NCBI GenBank assembly: GCA_965204725.1
Contig: OZ242005.1
Location: forward strand, 3,616,001 to 3,680,000
Reading direction: 5' to 3'
Length of the DNA stretch: 64,000 nt
Source of the DNA: Candidatus Latescibacterota bacterium
Lineage (GTDB): Bacteria > Latescibacterota > UBA2968 > UBA8231
Below are positions 36,367 to 44,985 of this stretch, in pieces; position 1 is the first letter of the stretch, and every line of letters begins with the position of its first letter. Position numbers and translations under genes: made by a program. The notes beneath the pieces were generated by a model. That model searched no databases. It was not told the DNA's origin and saw only the letters and a program-made list of their open reading frames with translations.

Positions 36367-37484
36367 TAAGCCCGTTTCATTTCCTCAACAGTGCGCAAAT
36401 ACACGCTCTCCAACTCCCCAGCCAACCGATCCCAACCAAACCCCCTAGCCCACGCTCGGCCCGCCGCCCCCAAAGCCCGCCGCTTTGGGCCATCGACGAT
36501 CAGCGCACGCATCCCGGCCGCTAAGGCACCCGCATCGCTGGGGGGCACCAACACCCCGGTCTCGTCGTGGCGCACGGCGTCGCGCAGGCCGTCGATGTTA
36601 GTGCCCAGCACGGCTTTGCCGGCCGCGGCGGCTTCTACGGCCACCATGCACCAACCCTCGTAGCGGGACGGGATGCAGACCATGAGGGCGCGACGCAAGA
36701 GCGCACCTTTTTGCTCCTCTTCCACACTCCCAACAATCTCCACGCGGTCCTCCAATCCCGCTCGCCGCGCCAAATCGCGGACGCCAGCGAGCTGCTCTGG
36801 GGTGCCGCGCCCAGCCAGCTTGAGGTGAATGTCCTTATGCTCGGTGGCAATCTCGGCAAACGCGGCTACCAATAGGTCAATCCCCTTGGTGTGTATATCC
36901 ATGCGGCCAAAGTAGAGCAGGTACGGAGCTTCCTCGGGCGCGAGCGCGAAAAAGCGGCGATCGACGCCGCTGTACACCAAGTCAACCGCCGCACGGGGAG
37001 CGCGCCGCGCAATGCGCGCCTGCACACTCGGGGCAATCGTCAAGATGCGGGGCCAAGCGCGCAATGCACGCTGCTCGCACAGCCACGCCACGCCGCCCAC
37101 GAGCGGGTGTTTGGCCAGGGCGTGTAGGCCCATGAAGTGATAAAACAAAAGCAGGCCCTGTTGCCGCAGCGCGGCCGGGACGCGCAAGGGCGCGAAGGCC
37201 GAAAACTCATTGATCCACAGATCCCACTCTAGCCGCTGCAACTCGGCTACGGCCGCCCGGCAATAACCCAAGCGGCTCAGGGCATAGCTGCGGGCCGAGC
37301 CGACGCGCAACAGGCGCAGGCCGTGCTGTTCGGTTTCTGGCTCAGCCCCGGGGAAAAGGCCGCTGACGACGGTGATCTCGTGGCGGCTAGACAGGCGGCG
37401 GTACAGCTCCAATGCCCGCACCGCGCCGCCACCGCCCAACCACGGGTTGGCGATGTCGTCGTACATCAAGTGGCAGATCTTCAT
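36366..37484 (-). CDS. Glycosyltransferase family 4
   Basis: GGGAVR, YFGRMD..TKG and PSRYEGWCMVAVEA (EX7E). Confidence 0.9.
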   Translation of the reverse strand: MKICHLMYDDIANPWLGGGGAVRALELYRRLSSRHEITVVSGLFPGAEPETEQHGLRLLRVGSARSYALSRLGYCRAAVAELQRLEWDLWINEFSAFAPLRVPAALRQQGLLLFYHFMGLHALAKHPLVGGVAWLCEQRALRAWPRILTIAPSVQARIARRAPRAAVDLVYSGVDRRFFALAPEEAPYLLYFGRMDIHTKGIDLLVAAFAEIATEHKDIHLKLAGRGTPEQLAGVRDLARRAGLEDRVEIVGSVEEEQKGALLRRALMVCIPSRYEGWCMVAVEAAAAGKAVLGTNIDGLRDAVRHDETGVLVPPSDAGALAAGMRALIVDGPKRRALGAAGRAWARGFGWDRLAGELESVYLRTVEEMKRA

Positions 37485-37501
37485 GGGCGAGTGCTCGCGC
37501 C

Positions 37502-38098
37502 TCAGAGCACGCCCTTCGTCGAAGGGACGCCCTGAACCCGCTCGTTCCGCTGCGCGGCCATGAGCAAGGCGCGGGCGAACGCCTTAAAGAGGGCCTCAAT
37601 GCCGTGATGGGCGTTGTGACCGCGCACGAGGTCGAGGTGGAGATTCATCCGGCCTTGATCAGCCACAGCGTAGAAGAATTCGCGCACTAAGGACACATCG
37701 AGCGCACCGACCCGCTCCTCGCTAAAGGCGGCCGCAAAGGCCAGATAGGCCCGGCCCGACAAATCGACCACCGCCCTTGCGAGCGCCTCGTCCATGGGCA
37801 CGTAGCTGTGGCCATAGCGCTGGATGCCGGCTTTGTCGCCCAAGGCTTGGGCGATGGCTTGACCGAGACAGATCCCTACGTCTTCCACCGTGTGGTGGGC
37901 ATCCACGTGCAGATCGCCGCGGCATTGAATCGCTAGGTCGCACAGGCTGTGCCGGGCAAAGGCGTGGAGTATGTGATCGAAGAAGCCGAGGCCGGTGTCG
38001 GCTTGGCACTGGCCGCTGCCGTCGAGACCCAGCCGCAACTCGATTTCGGTCTCGGTCGTCTGGCGCACAATCTGCGCCGTGCGGGCCGCTGTGCTCAT
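37502..38098 (-). CDS. hisB: Imidazoleglycerol-phosphate dehydratase
   Basis: HHTVEDVGI, PMDEAL and NAHHGIEALFKA. Confidence 0.96.
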   Translation of the reverse strand: MSTAARTAQIVRQTTETEIELRLGLDGSGQCQADTGLGFFDHILHAFARHSLCDLAIQCRGDLHVDAHHTVEDVGICLGQAIAQALGDKAGIQRYGHSYVPMDEALARAVVDLSGRAYLAFAAAFSEERVGALDVSLVREFFYAVADQGRMNLHLDLVRGHNAHHGIEALFKAFARALLMAAQRNERVQGVPSTKGVL

Positions 38099-39399
38099 GG
38101 TGTGGCCTGCTGTTGGCGGATGCGGACGGCTTGCGCGTGGGCCTCAAGGCCCTCGGCTCGAGCCATGCGGACGATGGGGTCGGCCGCGTGGGCCAAGCGC
38201 TCGGGGGTGTAGGCGATGATGCTCGTGGTCTTGACGAAGTCAGCCCATCCCAACGACGAGGCGTAGCGGGCCGCGCCTTGCGTGGGCAGCACGTGGTTGG
38301 TACCGGCGAAGTAATCGCCGACCGGCTCGGTCGAGGCCGCGCCGAGGAAGAGCGCACCGCAGTGGCGAATGGAATCCACCCAGCGCCAAGGGTCGGCCAC
38401 CTGCAATTCGGCGTGTTCCGGTGCGAGGCGGTTGAGTAGCTCAATCCCGACTTCTAAACTAGGCACCACGACAATCGCGCCGTATTCTTCTAGGGAACTA
38501 TTTATAATTGAATAGCGCGGGAGGGCCGCTCGTTGCGCTTCAAGCTCCTCCTGCACGCGGCGCGCTAGGGGCGCGCAATCCGTGATGCACACGACCGCTA
38601 CCCCCCAGCCGTGCTCGGCTTGCGCCAATAAGTCCGCGGCCACCCAACGCGGGTCGGCCCCTGCGTCGGCGAGCACCGCGATTTCCGACGGGCCGGGCAA
38701 CAGTGCGATACCCACCGCGCCGAAAACCTGCCGCTGCGCCGCCACCGTATAGGGGGAACCCGGGCCGACGATCTTGTGGACCGGCCGGACGCGCTCCGTG
38801 CCATAGGCGAGCGCGGCCACGGCCTGCGCCCCGCCCACGGCGTACACCTCGTCAATGCCCAACAGGTGCGCGGCTGCCGCAATGGCCGGGGCCGGCTGGC
38901 CGGGCGCTACGGGCGGCGTGACCACGCAGAGTTGGTCCACGCCAGCCACCTGCGCGGGAATGGCCGTCATCAGCAGGCTCGAAAACAGCGGCACCTCTCC
39001 GGCCGGCACACACAGGCCCACTCGCTCAATGGGCGTGATTTTCTTGCCCAGTATCACCCCGTCGCCGGCTTCGACAAACCAAGAGTTGAGCTTTTGCCGC
39101 TCGTGGAAGGCGCGGATATTAGCTGCCGCGGCGGCCATGGCGGTACGCAGGCTCGGATCGAGCGCGGCCTCGGCCTCGGCGAGCACAGACGCGGGCACCC
39201 GCACCTGCTGCGGGCTTACTTCCACGCCATCAAAGCGCTGCGTCAGCGCGCACAGCGCGGCATCGCCTTCTTCCCGCACCTGCCGCAAAATGCCCCGCAC
39301 GGCTTCTTCGATCTCGGAGTCGAGCTCGGGGCGGCGCGCCAACAAGGCGGCCAGCGGGGCGGCCAGCGGCTCGGATGGGTAGGACGCGATGGGCACCAT
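38095..39399 (-). CDS. hisD: Histidinol dehydrogenase
   Basis: GGAQAVAALAYGT, GPSE, DLLAQAEH, APEH and GDYFAGTNHVLPT. Confidence 0.96.
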   Translation of the reverse strand: MVPIASYPSEPLAAPLAALLARRPELDSEIEEAVRGILRQVREEGDAALCALTQRFDGVEVSPQQVRVPASVLAEAEAALDPSLRTAMAAAAANIRAFHERQKLNSWFVEAGDGVILGKKITPIERVGLCVPAGEVPLFSSLLMTAIPAQVAGVDQLCVVTPPVAPGQPAPAIAAAAHLLGIDEVYAVGGAQAVAALAYGTERVRPVHKIVGPGSPYTVAAQRQVFGAVGIALLPGPSEIAVLADAGADPRWVAADLLAQAEHGWGVAVVCITDCAPLARRVQEELEAQRAALPRYSIINSSLEEYGAIVVVPSLEVGIELLNRLAPEHAELQVADPWRWVDSIRHCGALFLGAASTEPVGDYFAGTNHVLPTQGAARYASSLGWADFVKTTSIIAYTPERLAHAADPIVRMARAEGLEAHAQAVRIRQQQATP

Positions 39400-40278
39400 T
39401 TAATACACGACCTTGTTGAGCGGGTATTCGATGATGCCTTCGGCCCCGAGCCGCTTGAGCTGGGGGATGAGCTCGCGCACCACGCGCTCGTCGGCGACGA
39501 TTTCTAGCGCGACCCACTCGTCGTCCATCTGGCTGGAGACCGTGGGGGTGTGCAGGGCCGGCAGCCGGGCGATGACGCGGTCGAGCTGGGCGCGCGGCAC
39601 GTTCATCTTGAGGCCGACCTTGTGCTCGGCTTCGAGCGCCCCCTTGAGCAGCATGAGCAAGTTCTCGGCCTTCTCCCGTTTCCAGCCATCGGCCCACGCG
39701 GCCTTGTTGGCGATCAAGCGCGGGGTCGATTCGCACACCGCATCAATGACGCGCAGCCGGTTGGCCTTGAGCGACGCGCCCGTCTCGGTCGCCTCAACTA
39801 CGGCGTCGACCAGCCCGGGAATGCCGGCCTTGACTTCGGTCGTGCCCCACGAAAACTCCACCTCGGCCTCCACGCCACGCGCTTGCAAGAAGCGGCGCGT
39901 CGCCCCGACCAGCTCGCTGGCAATGCGGCGGCCCTGCAAGTCTTCGACGCATTGGATGGGGGAATTTTCGGGCACGGCAATGACCCAGCGCAGGGGCCGC
40001 GCCGTGCTCTTGCTGTAGGTCAGTTCGCCGACTTCTACGACATCAACCTCGCTTTCGAGGATCCAGTCCCGGCCCGTCAGGCCCACATCGACGACTCCGC
40101 GCGCCACGTACTGGGCGATTTCCTGCGCCCGGAACATCAGGCCCGCGAGTTGGGGGTCGTCAATGTCGGGCACGTATGAGCGCGGCGCGAGCCGCACTCG
40201 ATAGCCGGCGCGGACAAACAGGTCAAACGTGGACTCCTTTAGGCTCCCGGACGGGAAGCCGATCTTCAGTTCCTTCAT
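39400..40278 (-). CDS. hisG: ATP phosphoribosyltransferase (long form)
   Basis: RAQEI, DVGLTGRDW, SWGTTE, TETGASLKANRL and a C-terminal regulatory domain. Confidence 0.95.
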   Translation of the reverse strand: MKELKIGFPSGSLKESTFDLFVRAGYRVRLAPRSYVPDIDDPQLAGLMFRAQEIAQYVARGVVDVGLTGRDWILESEVDVVEVGELTYSKSTARPLRWVIAVPENSPIQCVEDLQGRRIASELVGATRRFLQARGVEAEVEFSWGTTEVKAGIPGLVDAVVEATETGASLKANRLRVIDAVCESTPRLIANKAAWADGWKREKAENLLMLLKGALEAEHKVGLKMNVPRAQLDRVIARLPALHTPTVSSQMDDEWVALEIVADERVVRELIPQLKRLGAEGIIEYPLNKVVY

Positions 40279-40292
40279 CTCGATCCTACGGC

Positions 40293-41243
40293 TTAGTTCA
40301 TCGCATCGGCGACTTGGGGACTTAGCTTGTACAAAGCCGGCCGCACTGCGATCCGGTCTTTTTCTGTGCCCTCCCTCATCAGCCGCTGCAAGTGCGGCAC
40401 GGCGCGCTCATCGCCCACCTCAGCGAGGGCATGCACGGCCTTGCTGCGGATGCTTTGCAATTCGTCGGCATCGAGGGCGCCCAACAGAGCTTCGTAGATG
40501 GCGTTGCGGTCGGACCGGCCGAGCGAGGCCCGACCCATCTGGCCGAGGGCCTGCACGGCCACGTAGCGCACCTCATCCGCGGGATCCAGTGCCATGCGAA
40601 TGACTTCTTCCACCGAGTCGCGGTATCCATAGACGCGCAGGCTCTGCAAGGCGGCGATCCGCCACTTGGGCTTGGGGGCGCGCAAGGCCCGGCGCACCAC
40701 GCGGAAGGCCGAGTCGCTCAAGGCCGGCTCAGCCTCGTACGAATGGCACGAACCGAGCGCACCGAGCACGTATTGGCGCACTTCCGCCGCGGGGTCGCGC
40801 ACGTATTTGAGCAACGAGGGGAGCGCGGTGGGCGAGCCGATCTGGCCCAACGCCCATGCGGCCGCCGCGGCCACGCGCGGCGACCGGTCGCCCAAGGCTG
40901 CGATCAAGGTCGGCACGGCGCGCTCGTCCTTAAAGCGGCCCAACAGGTGTACCACCTCAAACCGCATGCGGATGTAGCCGGAGTCGGCCTCCTCGATCAA
41001 CAGGGGGACGACCTCGTCGGCGTCGAAGCGGATGAGTTGGTTGGCGGCTTTGGTGCGTTCGGCTTTTTGCTGGCTTTTGAGCCGGTGAATGTACTCTTCT
41101 GGCGAGCGGCCCCCACACGCGATGTTCAAGCCCGCGCCCAGGAGCAAGGCCCAAAGGACAAGTCGCGGGCTGCCAAATTTTTGCTTCCTAAAAAAAGGGC
41201 TGACCATGTCGCTAAGATAAGGGCCGACCATAACATCGTCCAC
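40293..41243 (-). CDS. HEAT-repeat (lipo)protein
   Basis: Possible lipobox LNIAC; repeated LG...D.RAVP.LI..L.D...VR..A..ALG. The true start may be 41207. Confidence 0.8.
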   Translation of the reverse strand: MDDVMVGPYLSDMVSPFFRKQKFGSPRLVLWALLLGAGLNIACGGRSPEEYIHRLKSQQKAERTKAANQLIRFDADEVVPLLIEEADSGYIRMRFEVVHLLGRFKDERAVPTLIAALGDRSPRVAAAAAWALGQIGSPTALPSLLKYVRDPAAEVRQYVLGALGSCHSYEAEPALSDSAFRVVRRALRAPKPKWRIAALQSLRVYGYRDSVEEVIRMALDPADEVRYVAVQALGQMGRASLGRSDRNAIYEALLGALDADELQSIRSKAVHALAEVGDERAVPHLQRLMREGTEKDRIAVRPALYKLSPQVADAMN

Positions 41244-41261
41244 TATACCCGTTGCCCGTTT

Positions 41262-41290
41262 TTGACAATCCTCCTAGGGACTTTTATACT
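41262..41290 (+). promoter_or_regulatory. Sigma70 promoter of the Rdx-TPR-rdgB-ABC operon
   Basis: TTGACA-N17-TATACT. Confidence 0.75.
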
Positions 41291-41321
41291 TTTTCCAGCC
41301 CTATTCCACAGGAGGTTTCCC

Positions 41322-41555
41322 GTGAACCTAAAACTCGTTTACTGCTCTGCTTGAGGCTACGAAAATAGAGCCGCCAGTTTGGCGGAACAGCTACTCGTCG
41401 CCTACAAAACAGACATCGCCGCCTTCTCGCTAGTCCCCTCAGACCGAGGGCGGTTTGAGCTCACCCTCGATGGCGAGCTAATTTTTTCCAAGCTCCAAGA
41501 AGGCCGCTTTCCCGACTACGGCGAAGTCGAAGCCCGGCTCGCCGCCCGCCGCTAA
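41322..41555 (+). CDS. Rdx/SelW-like selenoprotein (77 aa, Sec at TGA 41352-41354)
   Basis: RBS AGGAGG and GTG start. MNLKLVYCSA-U-GYENRAASLAEQLL...LVPSDRGRFELTLDGELIFSKLQEGRFPD; the CxxU and G.FE...DG..I.SK...GRFP motifs fit the Rdx family. Hairpin CCGCCA-GTT-TGGCGG lies just downstream of the UGA. Confidence 0.9.
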
Positions 41556-41570
41556 AGAGGAGATTCCACT

Positions 41571-42641
41571 TTGAAGTACTGCCGCTTGCTCAGTTTCGCC
41601 CTCGCGCTTTTGAACGCCCCGGCCCTCGCCCTCGCCCAAGAGTCCGAAGCTCTCGACTACTTCCGCGAGGGCTACGACTTAGTCAAGAAGGGCAACTACC
41701 GCAACGCCGTTATCGAGCTAGAAAAGGCCGTGGCGGCCGATTCCTCCTACGGGAACGCCCACTACGTCCTCGGTATTTCCTACAAGGCCCTCAACGAGTA
41801 CGACAAAGCCATCGGTAGCTTTACCCAGGCCCACGCCCTCGGCACCAAGCCGGAGCAGGCCGCTAAGGCCCTGGGCCAACTCTACCAAAAGGCCGCCCTC
41901 AACAGCTTTCGCCAAAAGAAATACCGCGAGTCCATCGACTATTTTACCAGCGCCCGCGACTTCAGCTCGCAAAGTGCTCAAGCCCTCTACGTCATGGGCC
42001 TTGCCTACAGTGGCCTGCGCGAGCAAGACAAGGCCAAAGTGGCCTTTGCCGAGGCCATAGCGGCCGATCCCACCGACGCTAGGCCCTACAATGCCCTCGG
42101 CGACATCCAGCGCCTCAGCCGCGACTACGGCAAATCCATCGTCACCTACCAGCGCTCCATAGAGGCCGATCCCGCGTACATGGAATCCTATGGCGACTTG
42201 GCGCGGGTGAAGTTCGATACGCAAGACACAGAGGGCGTCGTGCCGCTTTTGCAAAAGGCCCTAGCTATCGACGGCAGCTACGTCGAAGGGCACCGCTTGC
42301 TCGGCATTGCGCTCAACCAACTCGGCCGTTTCCACGAGGCCATTGCCCCGCTGAACAGGGCCGCCGACTTAGACGCCTCTTATTGCGAGACGTATTACCG
42401 GCTGAGCGAGGCGCACTACGGCATGGGCAACTTCCGCCAAGCCATTGATAAGGGCCGGCGCGCCACGAGTTGTCAAGCCGACTACCGAGCCGCCGAAGCG
42501 CTCTTGGGCGACGCGCATTTTCAACTCGGCCAGCGCGAGGAAGCGCGGCACTGGTACAACCTAGCGGTGAAAGACAGCCGCTTCAAAGACTACGCGGCGA
42601 GCAAACTCGCAGAGATCGACGAGCAGTTCCAACAGCCGTAA
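41571..42641 (+). CDS. Secreted tetratricopeptide-repeat protein
   Basis: Signal peptide (ALA/Q) and about 9 TPR units (A...LG..Y......A...F..A...DP). Confidence 0.88.
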   Translation: MKYCRLLSFALALLNAPALALAQESEALDYFREGYDLVKKGNYRNAVIELEKAVAADSSYGNAHYVLGISYKALNEYDKAIGSFTQAHALGTKPEQAAKALGQLYQKAALNSFRQKKYRESIDYFTSARDFSSQSAQALYVMGLAYSGLREQDKAKVAFAEAIAADPTDARPYNALGDIQRLSRDYGKSIVTYQRSIEADPAYMESYGDLARVKFDTQDTEGVVPLLQKALAIDGSYVEGHRLLGIALNQLGRFHEAIAPLNRAADLDASYCETYYRLSEAHYGMGNFRQAIDKGRRATSCQADYRAAEALLGDAHFQLGQREEARHWYNLAVKDSRFKDYAASKLAEIDEQFQQP

Positions 42642-43249
42642 TGGCGCTGCTTCTGGCCTCGAACAACGCCGGCAAGCTCTGCGAAGTCCGCGCCCTGTTT
42701 GCCGATGTCGAGGTCGTCGCCCCGGCCGAACTCGGCTTGCACCTCTGCGTTGAGGAAAGCGGCCAGACCTTTGCGGCCAACGCCCAGCTCAAAGCCCGCG
42801 CTTATGCAGCGGCCAGCGGCCAGATCGCCCTCGCCGACGACTCCGGGCTTGAGGTCGATGCCCTCGGCGGCGCCCCGGGCATCTATTCGGCCCGCTACGG
42901 CGGCCCCCACCTCGACGACGCCGGTCGCTATCAGCACTTACTGGCCCAACTCGAACCCTATCCCGATCCAGCGCAACGCCGCGCCCGATTTCGCTGCGTC
43001 CTCTGCGCCGCAAGCCCCGACGGCCGCCAATGCCAAGCCGAAGGCACGTGTGAAGGGCTAATCGCCCCGGTCCCAGCCGGGACGAATGGCTTTGGCTACG
43101 ATCCGGTCTTTTTGGTTCCCGCCTACGCCAAAACCATGGCCGAGCTCGACCTGAAAACCAAAAACCAACTCAGTCACCGCGCCCAAGCGTTGGCGGCCGT
43201 GCGCCCGCTCCTCGCCCGCACCTTTCCCGAGCTCGCCCGTTCCCGTTGA
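42641..43249 (+). CDS. rdgB: Non-canonical purine NTP pyrophosphatase (RdgB/HAM1)
   Basis: LASNNAGK, ADDSGL, PGIYSARY, GFGYDP and KNQLSHR. ATG overlaps the TPR stop. Confidence 0.95.
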   Translation: MALLLASNNAGKLCEVRALFADVEVVAPAELGLHLCVEESGQTFAANAQLKARAYAAASGQIALADDSGLEVDALGGAPGIYSARYGGPHLDDAGRYQHLLAQLEPYPDPAQRRARFRCVLCAASPDGRQCQAEGTCEGLIAPVPAGTNGFGYDPVFLVPAYAKTMAELDLKTKNQLSHRAQALAAVRPLLARTFPELARSR

Positions 43250-44985
43250 TGTTTGGCCCGTTTTCCCAATACGTCCGTCCCTATCGGGGCCGCATCCTGC
43301 TCGGCGCACTCTGCATCGGGCTAGGGCAGGCGGCGACCGCACGCATCCCGCTGCTGGTGGGCGATGCCGTCGATGCGGTCACGGCGACGGATACTGCCGC
43401 CGCGGCCATAGAGACCTACGTTTTCTATATCCTCGCCTACGCCTTGGGCGTGGCGCTGTGCGGGTACGCCATGCGGATGCTGTTGGGCCGCGCCGCCAAC
43501 CGCATTGAATACGATATCCGCACCGCGTATTTTGCCCACCTACTCAAGCTGCCGCTCTCGTATTACCAGCAGCGCCGCACCGGCGACCTCATGGCGCGGG
43601 CGACCAACGATCTCCATTCGGTGCATATTTTTTGGGTCTATGGCATTCGCGGCATCGTCGATACCGCCTTGGGGCTGGCCTTCACCCTCGCCTGTATGTG
43701 CCTGCTCGACTGGGAACTGGCCCTGCTGGTGCTGGTCCCCCTGCCGCTTTTTAGCGTCGTGATGATCCGCATCGCCGCGGTCATCAACATCCGCTACAAG
43801 GCCATCCAAGAGTACTTCGGGCGGATCAGCACCTTTATCCAAGAAAATCTCTCTGGCATCCGCGTGGTCCGAGCCTATACCCAAGAGCCAGCGCAAAACG
43901 CCGCCTTCGACCGGCTCAACTGGGCGTACCTCGAAAAAAATCGTGCGTACATCCGCACGCGGGCCAACTACCGGCCGCTTTCTTACGTCATCGCCTCGCT
44001 CTGCCTCGGGCTGAACTTGTGGCTGGGCGGGCGCGCGGCCATCAACGGCGAACTCAGCTTGGGGACGTTTGTGGCCTTCAACGCTTACCTAACCCTGCTC
44101 ATTCGCCCGATCATGTACACGGGCTGGGTCATCGACCGCGCCCAGCATGCCCTCGTGTCCATGCAGCGCATCAACGAGGTCCTCGCCATTGAGCCTGAGA
44201 TCCAAGACCGCGCCCTGCCTCCGGCCAATCCGCGCCCAATCGCCGGGCACATCGCCTTCCGCAAGCTCAATTTCTCTTACGGCAAGGAGCAAGTCCTACA
44301 CCAGATTGATCTCGATATTCCCCGCGGTACGACCCTCGGCATCATCGGGCGCGTCGGCTCGGGCAAAACGACCTTAGCACGCCTCGTGCCGCGCCTGATC
44401 CAAGCGGGGCCGAGACAGGTATTCATCGACGGGGTGCCGATTGAGGAATGGCCGCTGGCGACTTTGCGCGACGCCATCGGCTACGTCGCGCAAAACCCTT
44501 TTTTATTTTCCAATACCCTCAATGCCAACATTGCCTACGGCGCGGATGCGGCCGCCGCGGCCCAAATCCGCGCAGCGGCCGCAGCGGCCCAGCTCAAAAA
44601 GGACATCGACCAATTCGACGAGGGCTTCGCCACCCTCATCGGCGAGCGCGGCGTCACCCTATCGGGGGGACAGAAGCAGCGCACGACGCTGGCCCGGGCG
44701 CTCATTCGCCGCCCGCAGATCCTCATCCTCGACGACGCGCTCTCTGCGGTGGACACCCATACTGAGGAAGCGATCCTCAACCACTTGCACACGCTCATGC
44801 AGGGCCGCACCACCCTCATCATTGCCCACCGCATCTCGACCTTGCGCCACGCCGATCACATCGCAGTGCTCGCAGACGGCCGCATCGCCGAGCAAGGCAC
44901 TCACGACGAGCTGGTTAGCCGCGGCGGCTTCTACGCCGACTTGCACCAGCAGCAGCAGCTTAGCGCCGAACTGGAAACGCTGTGA
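43249..44985 (+). CDS. Heterodimeric ABC exporter, subunit A (fused TMD-NBD)
   Basis: TGDLMARATND, GRVGSGKTT, GERGVTLSGGQKQR and a degenerate Walker B (LDDALSAVD). Confidence 0.92.
   Translation: MFGPFSQYVRPYRGRILLGALCIGLGQAATARIPLLVGDAVDAVTATDTAAAAIETYVFYILAYALGVALCGYAMRMLLGRAANRIEYDIRTAYFAHLLKLPLSYYQQRRTGDLMARATNDLHSVHIFWVYGIRGIVDTALGLAFTLACMCLLDWELALLVLVPLPLFSVVMIRIAAVINIRYKAIQEYFGRISTFIQENLSGIRVVRAYTQEPAQNAAFDRLNWAYLEKNRAYIRTRANYRPLSYVIASLCLGLNLWLGGRAAINGELSLGTFVAFNAYLTLLIRPIMYTGWVIDRAQHALVSMQRINEVLAIEPEIQDRALPPANPRPIAGHIAFRKLNFSYGKEQVLHQIDLDIPRGTTLGIIGRVGSGKTTLARLVPRLIQAGPRQVFIDGVPIEEWPLATLRDAIGYVAQNPFLFSNTLNANIAYGADAAAAAQIRAAAAAAQLKKDIDQFDEGFATLIGERGVTLSGGQKQRTTLARALIRRPQILILDDALSAVDTHTEEAILNHLHTLMQGRTTLIIAHRISTLRHADHIAVLADGRIAEQGTHDELVSRGGFYADLHQQQQLSAELETL

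Noticed and set aside
40392-41354. 320-aa plus-strand ORF ending at TGA 41354
   Set aside because: Mostly antisense to the HEAT gene. Only its last 10 codons are real: they are the start of the Rdx selenoprotein, which has its own promoter and RBS.
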